Shown here: positions 11,633 through 24,554 of the stretch, one piece after another | Layout: each line of letters opens with the position of its first letter | Numbering within the stretch: position 1 is the first letter of the stretch | DNA from: Paecilomyces variotii | Taxonomy: Eukaryota | Length of the DNA stretch: 64,000 bases | Direction: 5' to 3' (one strand) | NCBI GenBank assembly: GCA_004022145.1 | Contig: RCNU01000002.1 | Translations under genes and position numbers: made by a program | The notes under the pieces: model-generated | Told to the model about the DNA's origin: nothing | What the model saw: only the letters and a program-made list of their open reading frames with translations | Database searches by the model: none

Positions 11633-14600
11633 TCATGCGTCGGTTGGCTTGCTATTGTTTTCTACTGCGAGGTTCTTTGAATAGTTGTCTACATTTTATT
11701 CCTAGTTTCAAGCTTATCTCCTTTCACATCATTATTTGCCCCCTTAGACCTTCATCCCTGTCCTTCTGTTTTTACCTGTCATGACCCCAAGAGAAAGGAT
11801 TGTTGCATAATTAGGCGTGATGTCCATGCTCATGCTGTTTACATTTACTTGGGATGTTTAAGCGTGGCGACGATCATGTCTTCGGTTGGATTTTGGTTCA
11901 GACGTCTTATGAGCTTATGATGTGACGACTGCACCCGATGTCTCGTATTTACTTGTACAATAGTCATATCTAACCCATCATGAATCTGGTCTAGTCCTCA
12001 GATGCTTGGGTATTGTAACAATACAGCTGTATACACCTGGAACGGGCTTCTGGATGCCGCGTAGCCATTAATGGCCTCCAGTCATTGCGGCATTCTTACA
12101 AGAACAATGCCTTAGTGTTTCTCTGCACTACTGCGCTAAGCCAAGGAGGCTCTTTGTATACAAGTAGCAGATTCATCTTCCCATCCAACCATGCAGTTAA
12201 TAGTTAGCTTAATATAAGATCTATTATAATGAATCACCTTCCCGGGGTCAGTGCCCCTCATCTTCCGAGATTAAGGGTACACCCTTCCGAGGATCTACCC
12301 GACGAAGAAAAGATCCAACATCTTCTTTCGCAGATCCCGCCTGTGTACTGCATGTAGCGCCCGGTGCACGGTACAGTTAGCGGTCAATCTGCCGGCTAAA
12401 TTGCGGCGCAGAACTCACCACTTTTGTACTCTACAAACAGGAGAAAGTACATACCAGTTACAATGCAAGGAGCACGGGTAGTTGTAGTATAATTCAATTC
12501 CGCATCTGTCAGCCCTTTCGGCCAAATGGCGGCAGAAGCACGGATACGATGAAGAAATAGACTGACAGCTGACATATGCATGAATAACCGTGGACAACCC
12601 AATATTGGATCTTAAGGTGCTCAGGATCAGCCACTAACACTCGCCTTCGATCACTACTGGCTTCGTTTATGAATAAACCCAGTTGTTGCATGTGCAGATT
12701 CTACTAGCTATATCTTCCCTTCTGAAAAGGAGGCTCGCAGAGTCACAGCTGCGTGCAATTTACCGTGCTTGCCTGCTGCTCGCCTTCTTTTTAGTGCGAA
12801 CCACAAGATGCTGGCCATTTAGCCAACTACTGCAGGGCGATTAATGGGGCCGTCCCGAATCGTCAGTTTCGGCGTTAGCTCTGAAAAATATCCAGCAGCA
12901 TGTCGCGCATTCTTCCCAGCATCGGATTCTCCAATATAGAGACTTCACGGCCCGGACCGTGGCGGTGGCTATTCACGGGTCACCGTTGAAAACTCCACTG
13001 CCCAACCCTGCAGCCACCATGAGGCTGACCTGTGTCTGGCGCCAGCTTGCCTGCTGTGCAGTCTTCAAGAGCAGTGGCAGTACAATATATTCACTGTATA
13101 GAGTGAAGCAAGCTAAGCCTTAGGCGCTGCGAGATCTTGTCATTATTTCTCGAGCTGGAGGAGAGCAGATCCAATATCATAACTCCTGGCCATCTTCGAA
13201 GCCGTCTTCAGCAGATAGATGCCGTGTTGAGCACTCTTGACATGTCAACATGGCTTGATGATCCGTCAAAAAACTGCCCCTCTCACGGGAAAAACCCCAG
13301 CTCCTATCTCGCGAATTCTATGAATGTTGACCATGACACATCATGATCTAACAGCCCGGGATGATAGCAGCCACTGGTCCTTCTCTCTATCACTATTAGG
13401 ATGACAACCTGGCCTTTAATCAGTAGACAATCATGATACGGACTTCTCTGAGCCGCTACTGGGGTTAGATCACAACCCGACCTTCTTTCCGCGCAGATCT
13501 TTGGCAGGCGCCTGCAATGTGACACTCCAAGTGATAGCTCCACTAGATACCGACTCGCTCGTGCGGATAACGGCCTCCAGGAACCTTGATCGAACCTATC
13601 GGAACCGCATTAGAGTACCTGAACTCCTTTTATCCAGAACCAGACTCTGCAGCAGTGTACAGCCGGACTCTATCGCTACTTTCGCCCCTCTTCTTTCCGG
13701 CAGTTGGCTTCTCTTCAAGGGGAAGAGTGTATTTCCTCGAAGAAATACGAGCACTCGGAGACATGATAGTGGCGACTGCCGTGGCAGAAAACGAATTCTC
13801 ACTCGATCATTTTCTGCATTATGTGACAGTGCAAATTTCCATTGGCCGGTCCTCGTCGACACGAGCCGTCGGCCATATCATTACTTCCTAATAATTGCCG
13901 CGGTAGGCGCTTTTCAGGGACCCCTGACTCTCATCCTAGCACCCTCACACAATACTTAATGGGCTAGCCACGCCTGTGGCATACGTAGCCCTTAGCGATT
14001 AAGCAGTATAGGTGACAGCCGCTTTGGTACGGGAGAGAGACATGAACATGCCGAGTCCCCGGGCCTAGCGCGCAACGCCTGCAGGCCTAGAAGATGGGGA
14101 TCGTTAGAAGAGCATTACTAAATTCCTGGGCCTCCCAAGGACCTAGACCTGGGTTCACGATCATGCAAGGATCACCAGCTGCTCTTGAACAAGACTTTCA
14201 GGCTAACTCGGAATTTCTCCTTTTTCTCCGGTAGATGCGGAGTATATCTCGTCAGGGTCGTTCGAATCCAAGCTGATCATGACCTTCAACGTTCAACCTT
14301 CAACACTTCGAAGTATGAACAGATCATCACTTACCTGGAAGACGATCATGGAGGGGCTTTGCTAAGGGCCTATAGGACCTATCATAGGGATGATCCACAA
14401 GGATTAACAACCAGCCGGTAACTACATGGGGTTGGAAACCAACCCCGTCTGTCATCCCGTATCTGCAGGTCCCTCAAATCATCCCATGAACCTTAGTCCT
14501 TGCCGTTGTATGGGACCGTGCGTATCTGAGGGGGGTCAATATTCATACCGAGGACTATGGTGCGCTCGCTGGATCTACTCATGCAGGTTTCGCTGATACT

Positions 14601-16287
14601 CGAGGGGAATGGTTTGGAAACCGAGGCCTTTCTAGCTCCAGCTGGTCTCATGGACAGACACCAGTTCTCACGTCCTCTTCTCCGTTTTGTTTCCGCTCCC
14701 AGAAAGAGCAGCCATGGTCCAGAACTGGGCCGTTATACCATATACTAATTGAGAAACCTGCGTCATCCCATTTCCGTCTTGGTATACGTGACTATATCGA
14801 TGCATGAACTCCCTGCGTGATTCCTGGGATTCACCTGATCCTTGGTCGATCAGCTATTGAGATGAACTGCTGTTCCTCGACCGTTTCCCCCACGTCTGCG
14901 TAAAGATCAACCTAGATCTTCCACTGCTCCAGTCTCCCCACTGTGCGGGGACGCAGTCACCAATGCGGGAGACAACTAGGGGGGTTGGATAGATGCACAC
15001 TTGATTCCTTGCACCGTAAGCTGTGAGTCGAGACCCAGAGATAATATCCAAAATATCCAGGATTGTCTCTACCATATACTAAAGCGCCATGCCTTCGTCC
15101 GCACGCTGGTCGATGGATAGACGAGCCGGGCCTGCGGCGACTCTATGGTATGGTAGCGGGTCTGGTATACCGGTGATAATATTTCTTGTTCGCCTTCCTT
15201 TTTTTTTTATGTTCACCAATTCATCTTCTTACTCATTATTACGAGATCCAGTGATAACCTCGACTAACTCATCTTCAACGACATACCTATTTAGGTATTG
15301 TAATATACATAGTCGCATGCGCCACTCGACCCGCTAGTATGGATGAAAGACTTGAGATTAGCCACTTAAGGTAGCTACTCCCTATCCCAGCTATCCCACA
15401 CGCGATGGTATGATCCTAGAATTAATGTATTGCACCCCGGTAATTAGTCGCTATCGTTTTCTTTTCCTTTTTACGCTGTTCGCTGCCAGCCTCGCGGAAT
15501 GATGGATCGGCACTCCAGACCTTAGGGCCCATGCAAGAAAAAAACTATATATGCACGTGCGCATTGCCTTTACGGATGCCTGGATTTAGCGGCGTGCATG
15601 TAATGGGAGCACGCTATTACTTCACTAATTGAAAATTATGGACTACGTCGTCTCCCTTCTTTCTTCTGCCGTGTACGTGTCCATTTCGATACTTACTGTT
15701 GAGAGGGGAAGGGGTGGTGGATTTCAGGAATGTTATGCCGGAGTTTTTCATAGCGAGGCGTGTATCGGTTGTGAATGTGGTAAGTCCGTATTGCGTGGCG
15801 CAGGCTGATCCAAGGTCCCAGTTAAGTCGTGAGGTCTGTCGGCTCGGCGTGTAGGAAAGGACGGGGAAACGAGGACAGGGCAATACGTAGGGAAAGAAGG
15901 ATGGCCATGTTAAGCTGCGAACTAACACCATGTAAGAGAGAATGGTAGTAAAGAAATTCGTCGACACGATTCATTTTTTTCTATATCGGCGAATGATGGT
16001 TTTTGTAGACAACCGATCCCGCTGAAAGTGAAGAGCTGGAAAGCCCGTCCAGATTCGCCAGAGATTTTATTCGTATGTAGCAGACTCTTGATCAGCGAAT
16101 CTGCCGAAAAATGGAAACATTCATTCGGATAGCCACACGACCAAAAATTCCATATTTCTGTGTCCGTATGCTAGCCGTTCCTTTCCGTCTTCAACTGTCA
16201 GAGAACTCCGTCATTTCCGAGCCCTGTTCACCTTCCGCTTTCCCAGGAGAATCAATTACCGAGACCATACAAAAAGTGCATTTTTGT

Positions 16288-17010
16288 TTAGCGCTTCTTG
16301 GCAGCGCTGGCGGCCTTCTCCTGAGACTCCTTGAGGACCTTCTTGACGATCTTCTGCTCCTCGATCAGGAAGGCACGGACGATGCGGTCCTTGACGCAGT
16401 TGGCGCAGCGGGAACCACCGTAGGCACGCGAGACGTTCTTCTTGGGACGAGAGACCTGAGCGTACTCACGGGGGCGGAGGGCAGGGACCTAAACAACAAT
16501 CCGATTAGTGAGCTGCCTTAGATGTGCCATATATTTCGTATTCCACACGACGTCGTGGTTGACAAGGATTGTTTCGACACATTGACCGATGCCACACAGA
16601 ACAAGCGATTGCAGCAAAAGCGCCCAGAAACCAGATCTCTCCTTGATTTAACGAAAGGTCGCACTCACACCAGGGAGCTTGATGCCACAGTCACCGCACT
16701 TCGGGGCAGTACCCTTCTTCTTGATGTGAAGGTATCGCAGCTCGCCGCCGGGAGTCTTGACGACGCGGACCTTGTTGGACCGCGTGTTGTACCTATCCGC
16801 AGAATCTCATCAGTTTCTCGTCCATAAAAGATTCCACCTCGACGAGGTTTTCAAAGGTGTCGATGCGGGCCTGTAGAATGGGTTCAACGTACGGGTTCCG
16901 TCGGCGCTGTGCGAGAATCTCATCGTTAGCATTGATCTGGATGATAACCCATCTGTAGACAAATTTCCGGATGCTTATTGACTCACGTATTGCAATCTGT
17001 TGGTCGCCAT
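16288..17010 (-). CDS. RPL34: 60S ribosomal protein eL34
   Basis: Exons 17010-16987, 16906-16893, 16792-16669, 16488-16288 give [63 protein letters not shown]...[33 protein letters not shown]. Confidence 0.97.
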
Positions 17011-17489
17011 TTTGACTGTCCTCGAACCTCTGATACAGGTGACAAGGAATTCGGGGAGTTGGCGGCGTCGTCGGTTGTCGTCGTTAACCTCGTAGAATTC
17101 TCGAGTGCGGTGCGGATTTGTGTGGGTTTGGCGCAAAGCCCTGGACAGCCGCGCTAGTGCGTTTGGCGAGTCGCGCTAAGACGAAACGGACTAGCGCGAT
17201 TTGTAACTTTGAGCCGCCACCTGGGAGAGCAAAGGTCGCCATCACGCAGCATCCAGGAAGAGACAATCTTCATCACCTCTCGCCAGAAGGGGGATCTTCC
17301 AGGAGTCGAGTTGTCATTTTTTTAGATTTCAACTTCATCTCTATCCCGCGATCCTTTCATACCTTGTGTCGCTTCGATACTCGTCGTGCGATAGCTTTGA
17401 GGTTCCATGCAGAGATCGACGTGAAGTGACGCGACTCGACTTGACATATAGGCGTACAAAGAGAGGCTGTTCCATCAACCATCGCCAAC
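17011..17489. promoter_or_regulatory. Short divergent promoter shared by rpl34 and prp8, containing a 15-bp inverted repeat
   Basis: 479 bp between head-to-head ATGs. CGCGCTAGTGCGTTT (17150-17164) and AAACGGACTAGCGCG (17184-17198) are 14/15 reverse complements. Confidence 0.55.
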
Positions 17490-20400
17490 ATGGCGTCTCT
17501 GCCCCCTCCTCCGCCTCCTGGATGGGGAGCAGCTCCTCCTTCAATGCCTCTGGCGCCTCCGCCGCCCGGATATCAGCCGCCAGCCGATCCGAAGGTTGCG
17601 AAGTTTGCACAGAAGAAGAATGAGTGGCTACGATCGCAACGTAACCGGTTCGGAGAGAAGAGGAAAGGTGGCTTCGTCGAGACACAGAAGGCTGATATGC
17701 CACCGGAGCATCTGCGGAAGATTGTGAAAGATATCGGCGATGTGTCGCAGAAGAAATTCAGCAGCGACAAGCGCAGCTATCTAGGTGCGCTGAAGTTCAT
17801 GCCTCATGCGGTTCTGAAGCTGCTGGAGAATATGCCTATGCCTTGGGAGTCTGCTAGGGAGGTCAAGGTCCTCTATCATGTCAACGGATGTTTGACTTTG
17901 GTCAACGAGACTCCCAGGGTTATCGAACCTGTCTTCCACGCCCAATGGGCTACGATGTGGGTGTGCATGAGAAGAGAAAAGAGTGACAGGAGACATTTCA
18001 AAAGAATGCGCTTTCCGCCCTTTGATGACGAGGAACCGCCACTCTCTTGGTCGGAAAACATTGAGGATGTTGAACCCTTGGAGCCAATCCAGATGGAACT
18101 CGATGAGGAGGAGGATGCCCCAGTCATCGAATGGTTCTACGATCAGCGGCCGCTTCTCGACACGCCCCATGTTAATGGGCCCAGTTATAAGAAGTGGAAC
18201 TTGACACTACCCCAAATGGCGACCCTTTATCGTCTAAGTCACCAGCTATTGAGTGATGTGGTTGATAAGAATTATTTCCACATGTTCGACCTCAACAGTT
18301 TCCTTACTGCCAAAGCCCTCAATGTCGCCATTCCCGGAGGCCCGCGATTCGAGCCCTTGTACAAGGATATTGATCCTAATGATGAGGATTTCGGCGAGTT
18401 CAATGCTATTGACCGCATCATCTTCCGTGCCCCGATTAGAACGGAATACAGGGTCGCCTTCCCATATCTCTATAACTCCCTACCAAGAAGCGTAAAGCTC
18501 TCTTGGTACTCTTACCCTCAGGTCGCCTATGTACGTTCTGAGGATCCTAATCTCCCAGCCTTCTATTTTGATCCTGTCATCAACCCTATTTCCTCCCGGT
18601 CTGTTGCACCCAAGAATATAACTGTCAGTCATGAGGATACGATATTCGGCCCGGGTAACAATGAAGATGATAGCTTCGAGCTTCCAGGAGAAGTCGAGCC
18701 TTTCCTCGCCGATGAAGAGCTTTATACAAGCGACACGGCATCGGCTATCGCTCTTTGGTGGGCTCCATACCCCTTCGACCGCCGCTCAGGCCGGATGGTT
18801 CGGGCGCAGGATGTGCCATTGGTGAAGCAGTGGTATCTGGAACATTGTCCTCAAGGGCAGCCGGTCAAAGTCCGAGTGTCTTACCAGAAATTGCTGAAGA
18901 CCTACGTCCTTAATGAGCTTCACAAGAAGAAACCCAAGGCGCAGAACAAGCAGAATCTGCTCAGGACTTTAAAGTCCACGAAGTTCTTCCAGCAGACGAC
19001 GATCGACTGGGTTGAGGCAGGTCTTCAGGTCTGTCGACAGGGTTTCAATATGCTTAATTTGTTGATCCACCGCAAGAACTTGACTTATCTACATCTCGAT
19101 TACAACTTCAACCTGAAACCCGTGAAGACCCTTACGACCAAAGAACGCAAGAAGTCTCGTTTCGGAAATGCCTTCCATTTGATGAGGGAAATTCTTCGTC
19201 TTACGAAATTGATTGTCGATGCCCAGGTTCAATACCGCCTAGGAAACATCGATGCTTTCCAACTTGCCGATGGAATTCTCTATGCTTTCAACCATGTTGG
19301 ACAGCTGACTGGTATGTACCGCTACAAATATAAGTTGATGCATCAGATTCGATCGTGCAAGGATCTGAAGCACTTGATTTATTACCGGTTCAACTCCGGC
19401 CCCGTCGGAAAGGGCCCCGGTTGTGGTTTCTGGGCCCCGGCTTGGCGGGTATGGCTGTTCTTCATGCGAGGTATCATACCACTTCTGGAGCGATGGCTTG
19501 GAAACTTGCTCTCTCGTCAGTTTGAGGGTCGTCACAGTAAAGGTGTTGCGAAGACGGTGACTAAGCAGCGTGTCGAGTCACACTTCGACTTGGAGTTGAG
19601 GGCCTCGGTCATGGCCGATCTTATGGACATGATGCCCGAGGGTATCAAACAGAACAAAGTGAACACTGTTCTGCAGCATCTCTCGGAAGCATGGAGGTGC
19701 TGGAAGAGTAATATTCCTTGGAAGGTTCCTGGATTGCCGGCACCCATTGAGAATATTATCCTTCGTTATGTCAAGGCGAAGGCGGATTGGTGGATCTCAG
19801 TTGCCCACTATAACCGTGAGAGAATTCGCCGAGGAGCTACTGTTGACAAGACTGTTGCGAAGAAGAACCTAGGTCGCCTCACTCGTTTGTACCTAAAGGC
19901 GGAACAAGAGCGACAGCACAACTATCTGAAGGACGGCCCTTATGTTTCGTCTGAGGAAGCTGTCGCTATTTACACTACGACTGTTCACTGGCTCGAGTCC
20001 AGGAAGTTCTCGCCGATCCCTTTCCCTAGTGTTTCTTACAAACACGACACGAAGATTTTGATCCTTGCCCTCGAGCGTCTGCGTGAGGCGTACTCGGTGA
20101 AGGGTAGGTTGAATCAGAGTCAGCGTGAAGAGCTTGCTCTCATTGAGCAAGCTTACGACTCTCCGGGAACTACCTTGGCAAGAATTAAGAGATTCCTTCT
20201 TACCCAGAGAGCTTTCAAGGAAGTTGGTATCGACATGAACGACAACTACAGCAGTATCAACCCAGTGTATGATGTCGAGCCTATCGAAAAGATCACTGAT
20301 GCTTACTTGGACCAGTATCTCTGGTACCAGGCAGAGCAGCGTCATCTTTTCCCAGCCTGGATCAAACCTTCTGATTCCGAGGTCCCTCCCCTTTTGGTGT

Positions 20401-23400
20401 ACAAGTGGGCTCAAGGAATCAACAATTTGTCAAACGTCTGGGAGACGGCTGATGGCGAGACCAATGTCATGATCGAAACCGAATTATCAAAGGTCTATGA
20501 GAAGATCGATCTTACCCTGTTGAACCGCCTTCTCCGTCTTATCATGGATCACAATCTGGCAGACTATATCACGTCCAAGAACAATGTTCAGCTCAATTAC
20601 AAGGACATGAATCATACCAACAGCTATGGTCTCATCCGTGGTCTGCAGTTCTCGGGCTTCGTCTTCCAGTACTATGGCTTGGTCATCGATCTGCTGCTGC
20701 TCGGATTACAACGAGCTAGTGAGATTGCTGGTCCACCCCAGAGTCCTAACGATTTCTTGCAGTTCAGGGACCGCGCAACTGAGACGAAGCATCCCATCCG
20801 TTTGTACACTCGTTATATCGACAAGATCTGGGTGTTCTTCAGATTCAGCGCAGATGAATCCAGGGATCTTATCCAGCGCTTCTTGACCGAGCAGCCTGAT
20901 CCCAATTTCGAAAATGTTATTGGCTACAAAAATAAGAAGTGCTGGCCTCGTGATTCGAGAATGCGCCTCATGCGACACGACGTCAACCTTGGTCGCGCAG
21001 TCTTCTGGGATCTAAAGAACCGCCTACCTAGATCCATCACTACCATCGAGTGGGATGACACTTTCGCCAGTGTCTATAGCAAGGATAACCCGAATCTTCT
21101 GTTCTCGATGTGTGGTTTTGAAGTCCGCATCCTCCCGAAGATCCGTAATCAGAATGATGAGTTCCCGGTCAAGGACAGTGTGTGGTCTCTAGTCGATAAC
21201 ACGACCAAAGAACGTACTGCCCACGCATTCCTTCAGGTCACTGAAGAAGACATCCAGAAATTCAACAACCGTATTCGACAGATTCTTATGTCTTCTGGAT
21301 CTACGACCTTCACCAAGATAGCTAACAAGTGGAACACCGCTCTGATCGCACTTTTCACCTACTACCGAGAGGCTGCCGTGTCCACTGTCAACCTCCTCGA
21401 TACTATTGTCAAGTGCGAGACGAAGATCCAGACTCGTGTGAAAATTGGACTCAACTCCAAGATGCCTTCGCGATTCCCTCCTGCCGTGTTCTACACTCCT
21501 AAGGAACTTGGAGGTCTTGGTATGATTTCTGGTTCTCATATCCTTATTCCGGCCAGCGACAAGCGCTGGTCGAAGCAGACAGATACCGGCGTTACCCACT
21601 ACCGAGCCGGTATGTCGCATGATGAGGAGACGCTTATTCCTAACATCTTCCGTTATATCATTCCGTGGGAGGCAGAGTTTATCGACTCTCAGCGTGTCTG
21701 GATGGAATATTCTCAGAAGCGCCAGGAAGCGAACCAGCAGAACAGGCGTTTGACGCTTGAAGATTTGGAAGATAGCTGGGACCGTGGTCTTCCACGTATC
21801 AACACTCTGTTCCAGAAAGACCGCAGCACACTCAGTTTCGACAAGGGTTTCAGAGCTAGAACCGAGTTCAAGCAATATCAGCTGATGAAGAGCAATCCGT
21901 TCTGGTGGACAAGCCAGAGACATGATGGCAAGCTCTGGAACTTGAACGCTTACCGCACGGATGTCATCCAAGCCCTCGGTGGTGTAGAGACTATCTTGGA
22001 ACACACCCTATTCAAGGCTACTGCATTCCCGTCTTGGGAAGGATTGTTCTGGGAGAGGGCGTCCGGTTTCGAAGAATCAATGAAGTTCAAGAAACTGACC
22101 AACGCTCAGAGATCAGGTCTTAACCAGATCCCCAATCGTCGCTTCACCCTCTGGTGGTCGCCGACGATCAATCGTGCCAATGTGTACGTTGGTTTCCAAG
22201 TGCAGCTCGACCTCACTGGTATCTTCTTGCATGGCAAGATCCCCACACTGAAGATTTCTCTGATCCAAATCTTCCGAGCTCATTTGTGGCAGAAGATCCA
22301 CGAATCGGTTGTCATGGATCTGTGTCAGGTGTTCGATCAGGAATTGGAACAACTCGGTATAGAAGCTGTCCAAAAGGAGACCATCCATCCTCGTAAGTCG
22401 TACAAGATGAATAGTTCTTGTGCGGATATTCTGCTTTTCGCGACAAACAAGTGGAATGTTACGAGACCGTCCCTGTTGTTCGACACGAAGGATGTTATCG
22501 AGCCCACAACCACCAACAAGTTCTGGGTTGATGTGCAGCTAAGATACGGTGATTATGACTCTCACGACATCGAGCGCTATGTTCGCGCGAAATATCTCGA
22601 CTACACCACGGACAGTATGAGCATTTATCCTTCGCCTACTGGTCTGATGATCGGCATCGATCTTGCCTACAACCTTTATTCCGCTTATGGACAATACTTC
22701 CCTGGTCTCAAGGCTCTGATTCAGCAGGCGATGGCCAAGATCATGAAAGCGAATCCAGCTCTATATGTCTTGAGGGAACGTATCCGAAAGGGTCTTCAGC
22801 TCTATGCCTCCGAGAGCAACCAGGAGTTCCTCAACTCTCAAAATTACTCGGAGCTCTTTAGTCCCCAGATTCAGCTGTTCATCGATGATACCAATGTCTA
22901 CCGTGTAACAATTCACAAGACATTCGAAGGAAATTTGACAACGAAGCCCATTAACGGCGCTATCTTCATCTTCAATCCTCGAACTGGTCAACTCTTCCTA
23001 AAGATCATCCACACTAGTGTCTGGGCTGGACAGAAGCGTCTTGGTCAGCTTGCTAAGTGGAAGACAGCTGAAGAAGTTGCGGCTCTTATCCGTTCTTTGC
23101 CTGTCGAGGAACAACCTAAGCAGCTGATTGTCACCCGGAAGGGTCTCCTTGATCCTCTCGAGGTCCATCTTCTGGATTTCCCTAACATCTCCATTCGTGC
23201 CTCGGAATTGCAGCTTCCTTTCCAGGCAGCGATGAAGGTCGAAAAGCTCGCTGACATGATTCTTCGCGCGACTGAGCCTCAGATGGTTCTTTTCAATCTG
23301 TACGACGAATGGCTCAAGTCTATCTCACCATACACGGCCTTCTCGAGATTGATCCTCATCCTTCGTGCTTTGCATGTGAACCCTGACAAGACCAAGATTA

Positions 23401-24554
23401 TCCTCCGGCCCGACAAAACTGTCATTACGCAGGAACACCACATCTGGCCGACATTGTCCGATGAGGACTGGATCAAGGTCGAAGTTCAGCTGCGTGATCT
23501 GATCCTCAACGATTATGGCAAGAAGAACAACGTCAATGTCCAGAGTTTGACAAGCAGTGAAGTCAGGGATATTATCCTTGGTATGGAAATTAGCGCGCCG
23601 TCTCTACAGCGCCAGCAGGCTGCGGAGATCGAAAAGCAAGAACAGGAACAGAAGCAACTCACTGCTGTCACCACAAAGACACAGAATGTCCGTGGCGAGG
23701 AAATCATCGTTACGACGACCTCTCAGTATGAGCAGCAGTCGTTTGCTTCCAAGACGGAATGGCGCACTCGTGCCATTGCTACTTCTAATCTTCGGACTCG
23801 TTCCAACAACATCTATATCTCTTCTGATGACGTTCGAGAAGATGGATTGTATACATACGTCATGCCTAAGAACATACTCAAGCGGTTCATCACGATCGCT
23901 GATCTTCGGGTTCAAGTAGCAGGCTATCTCTATGGTACCTCGCCACCAGACAACGACCAAGTCAAGGAAGTGCGCACCATTGTCATGATTCCACAAGTTG
24001 GTAATACGCGCGATGTTCAGCTACCGCAGCAGCTGCCCCAGCACGATTACCTCAAGAATATGGAGCCTCTTGGAATCATCCACACAGTGTCTGGAAATGA
24101 GCCCCCCTACATGACCGCTATGGATGTTACCCAGCATGCTCATCTCATGAACGCGCATCCTTCTTGGGACAAGAAGACCGTAACGATGGCCGTTTCGTTC
24201 ACCCCCGGATCCGTGTCTCTCTCCGCCTGGGCTCTCACGCCTGAAGGTTACAAGTGGGGCGCTGAGAATAAGGATACTACTTCGGATCAGCCACAAGGGT
24301 TCTCTACGAGCATGGGCCAGAAGTGTCAGCTCCTTCTCAGTGACAAGATCCGTGGTTACTTCCTTGTCCCAGAAGACAATGTTTGGAACTACAGCTTCAT
24401 GGGTAGCGCATTCGGAAGTGTGGAGAAGAGACCGATCTACGTCAAGATAGATACCCCGCTGCGTTTCTATGATGACCAGCATCGTCCTTTGCATTTCCAG
24501 AACTTTGCTGAGTTGGAGGATATTTGGGTCGACCGGACTGACAACTTTGCATGA
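17490..24554 (+). CDS. PRP8: U5 snRNP spliceosomal protein Prp8 (intronless, no intein)
   Basis: Uninterrupted 2354-aa ORF with hallmark Prp8 sequences ([55 protein letters not shown]). Confidence 0.99.
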   Translation: MASLPPPPPPGWGAAPPSMPLAPPPPGYQPPADPKVAKFAQKKNEWLRSQRNRFGEKRKGGFVETQKADMPPEHLRKIVKDIGDVSQKKFSSDKRSYLGALKFMPHAVLKLLENMPMPWESAREVKVLYHVNGCLTLVNETPRVIEPVFHAQWATMWVCMRREKSDRRHFKRMRFPPFDDEEPPLSWSENIEDVEPLEPIQMELDEEEDAPVIEWFYDQRPLLDTPHVNGPSYKKWNLTLPQMATLYRLSHQLLSDVVDKNYFHMFDLNSFLTAKALNVAIPGGPRFEPLYKDIDPNDEDFGEFNAIDRIIFRAPIRTEYRVAFPYLYNSLPRSVKLSWYSYPQVAYVRSEDPNLPAFYFDPVINPISSRSVAPKNITVSHEDTIFGPGNNEDDSFELPGEVEPFLADEELYTSDTASAIALWWAPYPFDRRSGRMVRAQDVPLVKQWYLEHCPQGQPVKVRVSYQKLLKTYVLNELHKKKPKAQNKQNLLRTLKSTKFFQQTTIDWVEAGLQVCRQGFNMLNLLIHRKNLTYLHLDYNFNLKPVKTLTTKERKKSRFGNAFHLMREILRLTKLIVDAQVQYRLGNIDAFQLADGILYAFNHVGQLTGMYRYKYKLMHQIRSCKDLKHLIYYRFNSGPVGKGPGCGFWAPAWRVWLFFMRGIIPLLERWLGNLLSRQFEGRHSKGVAKTVTKQRVESHFDLELRASVMADLMDMMPEGIKQNKVNTVLQHLSEAWRCWKSNIPWKVPGLPAPIENIILRYVKAKADWWISVAHYNRERIRRGATVDKTVAKKNLGRLTRLYLKAEQERQHNYLKDGPYVSSEEAVAIYTTTVHWLESRKFSPIPFPSVSYKHDTKILILALERLREAYSVKGRLNQSQREELALIEQAYDSPGTTLARIKRFLLTQRAFKEVGIDMNDNYSSINPVYDVEPIEKITDAYLDQYLWYQAEQRHLFPAWIKPSDSEVPPLLVYKWAQGINNLSNVWETADGETNVMIETELSKVYEKIDLTLLNRLLRLIMDHNLADYITSKNNVQLNYKDMNHTNSYGLIRGLQFSGFVFQYYGLVIDLLLLGLQRASEIAGPPQSPNDFLQFRDRATETKHPIRLYTRYIDKIWVFFRFSADESRDLIQRFLTEQPDPNFENVIGYKNKKCWPRDSRMRLMRHDVNLGRAVFWDLKNRLPRSITTIEWDDTFASVYSKDNPNLLFSMCGFEVRILPKIRNQNDEFPVKDSVWSLVDNTTKERTAHAFLQVTEEDIQKFNNRIRQILMSSGSTTFTKIANKWNTALIALFTYYREAAVSTVNLLDTIVKCETKIQTRVKIGLNSKMPSRFPPAVFYTPKELGGLGMISGSHILIPASDKRWSKQTDTGVTHYRAGMSHDEETLIPNIFRYIIPWEAEFIDSQRVWMEYSQKRQEANQQNRRLTLEDLEDSWDRGLPRINTLFQKDRSTLSFDKGFRARTEFKQYQLMKSNPFWWTSQRHDGKLWNLNAYRTDVIQALGGVETILEHTLFKATAFPSWEGLFWERASGFEESMKFKKLTNAQRSGLNQIPNRRFTLWWSPTINRANVYVGFQVQLDLTGIFLHGKIPTLKISLIQIFRAHLWQKIHESVVMDLCQVFDQELEQLGIEAVQKETIHPRKSYKMNSSCADILLFATNKWNVTRPSLLFDTKDVIEPTTTNKFWVDVQLRYGDYDSHDIERYVRAKYLDYTTDSMSIYPSPTGLMIGIDLAYNLYSAYGQYFPGLKALIQQAMAKIMKANPALYVLRERIRKGLQLYASESNQEFLNSQNYSELFSPQIQLFIDDTNVYRVTIHKTFEGNLTTKPINGAIFIFNPRTGQLFLKIIHTSVWAGQKRLGQLAKWKTAEEVAALIRSLPVEEQPKQLIVTRKGLLDPLEVHLLDFPNISIRASELQLPFQAAMKVEKLADMILRATEPQMVLFNLYDEWLKSISPYTAFSRLILILRALHVNPDKTKIILRPDKTVITQEHHIWPTLSDEDWIKVEVQLRDLILNDYGKKNNVNVQSLTSSEVRDIILGMEISAPSLQRQQAAEIEKQEQEQKQLTAVTTKTQNVRGEEIIVTTTSQYEQQSFASKTEWRTRAIATSNLRTRSNNIYISSDDVREDGLYTYVMPKNILKRFITIADLRVQVAGYLYGTSPPDNDQVKEVRTIVMIPQVGNTRDVQLPQQLPQHDYLKNMEPLGIIHTVSGNEPPYMTAMDVTQHAHLMNAHPSWDKKTVTMAVSFTPGSVSLSAWALTPEGYKWGAENKDTTSDQPQGFSTSMGQKCQLLLSDKIRGYFLVPEDNVWNYSFMGSAFGSVEKRPIYVKIDTPLRFYDDQHRPLHFQNFAELEDIWVDRTDNFA

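Noticed and set aside
14250-14275. GTTCGAATCC resembling a tRNA T-loop / B-box
   Set aside because: The flanks do not form a T-stem and no acceptor, D or anticodon arms can be built.
16111-16827. + strand ORFs of 136 and 101 aa
   Set aside because: Antisense to rpl34 exons.
16489-16892. Possible intronic snoRNA in rpl34 introns
   Set aside because: No properly ordered C (RUGAUGA) and D (CUGA) boxes with a terminal stem. The one TGATGA match coincides with the branch-point region.
17573-24494. Many antisense or alternate-frame ORFs inside prp8 (up to 271 aa)
   Set aside because: Expected by-products of codon bias in a long conserved CDS.
7063-24554. Cactin and prp8 proximity as a splicing gene cluster
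   Set aside because: They are separated by unrelated genes. Two genes are not enough to exceed chance without synteny data.
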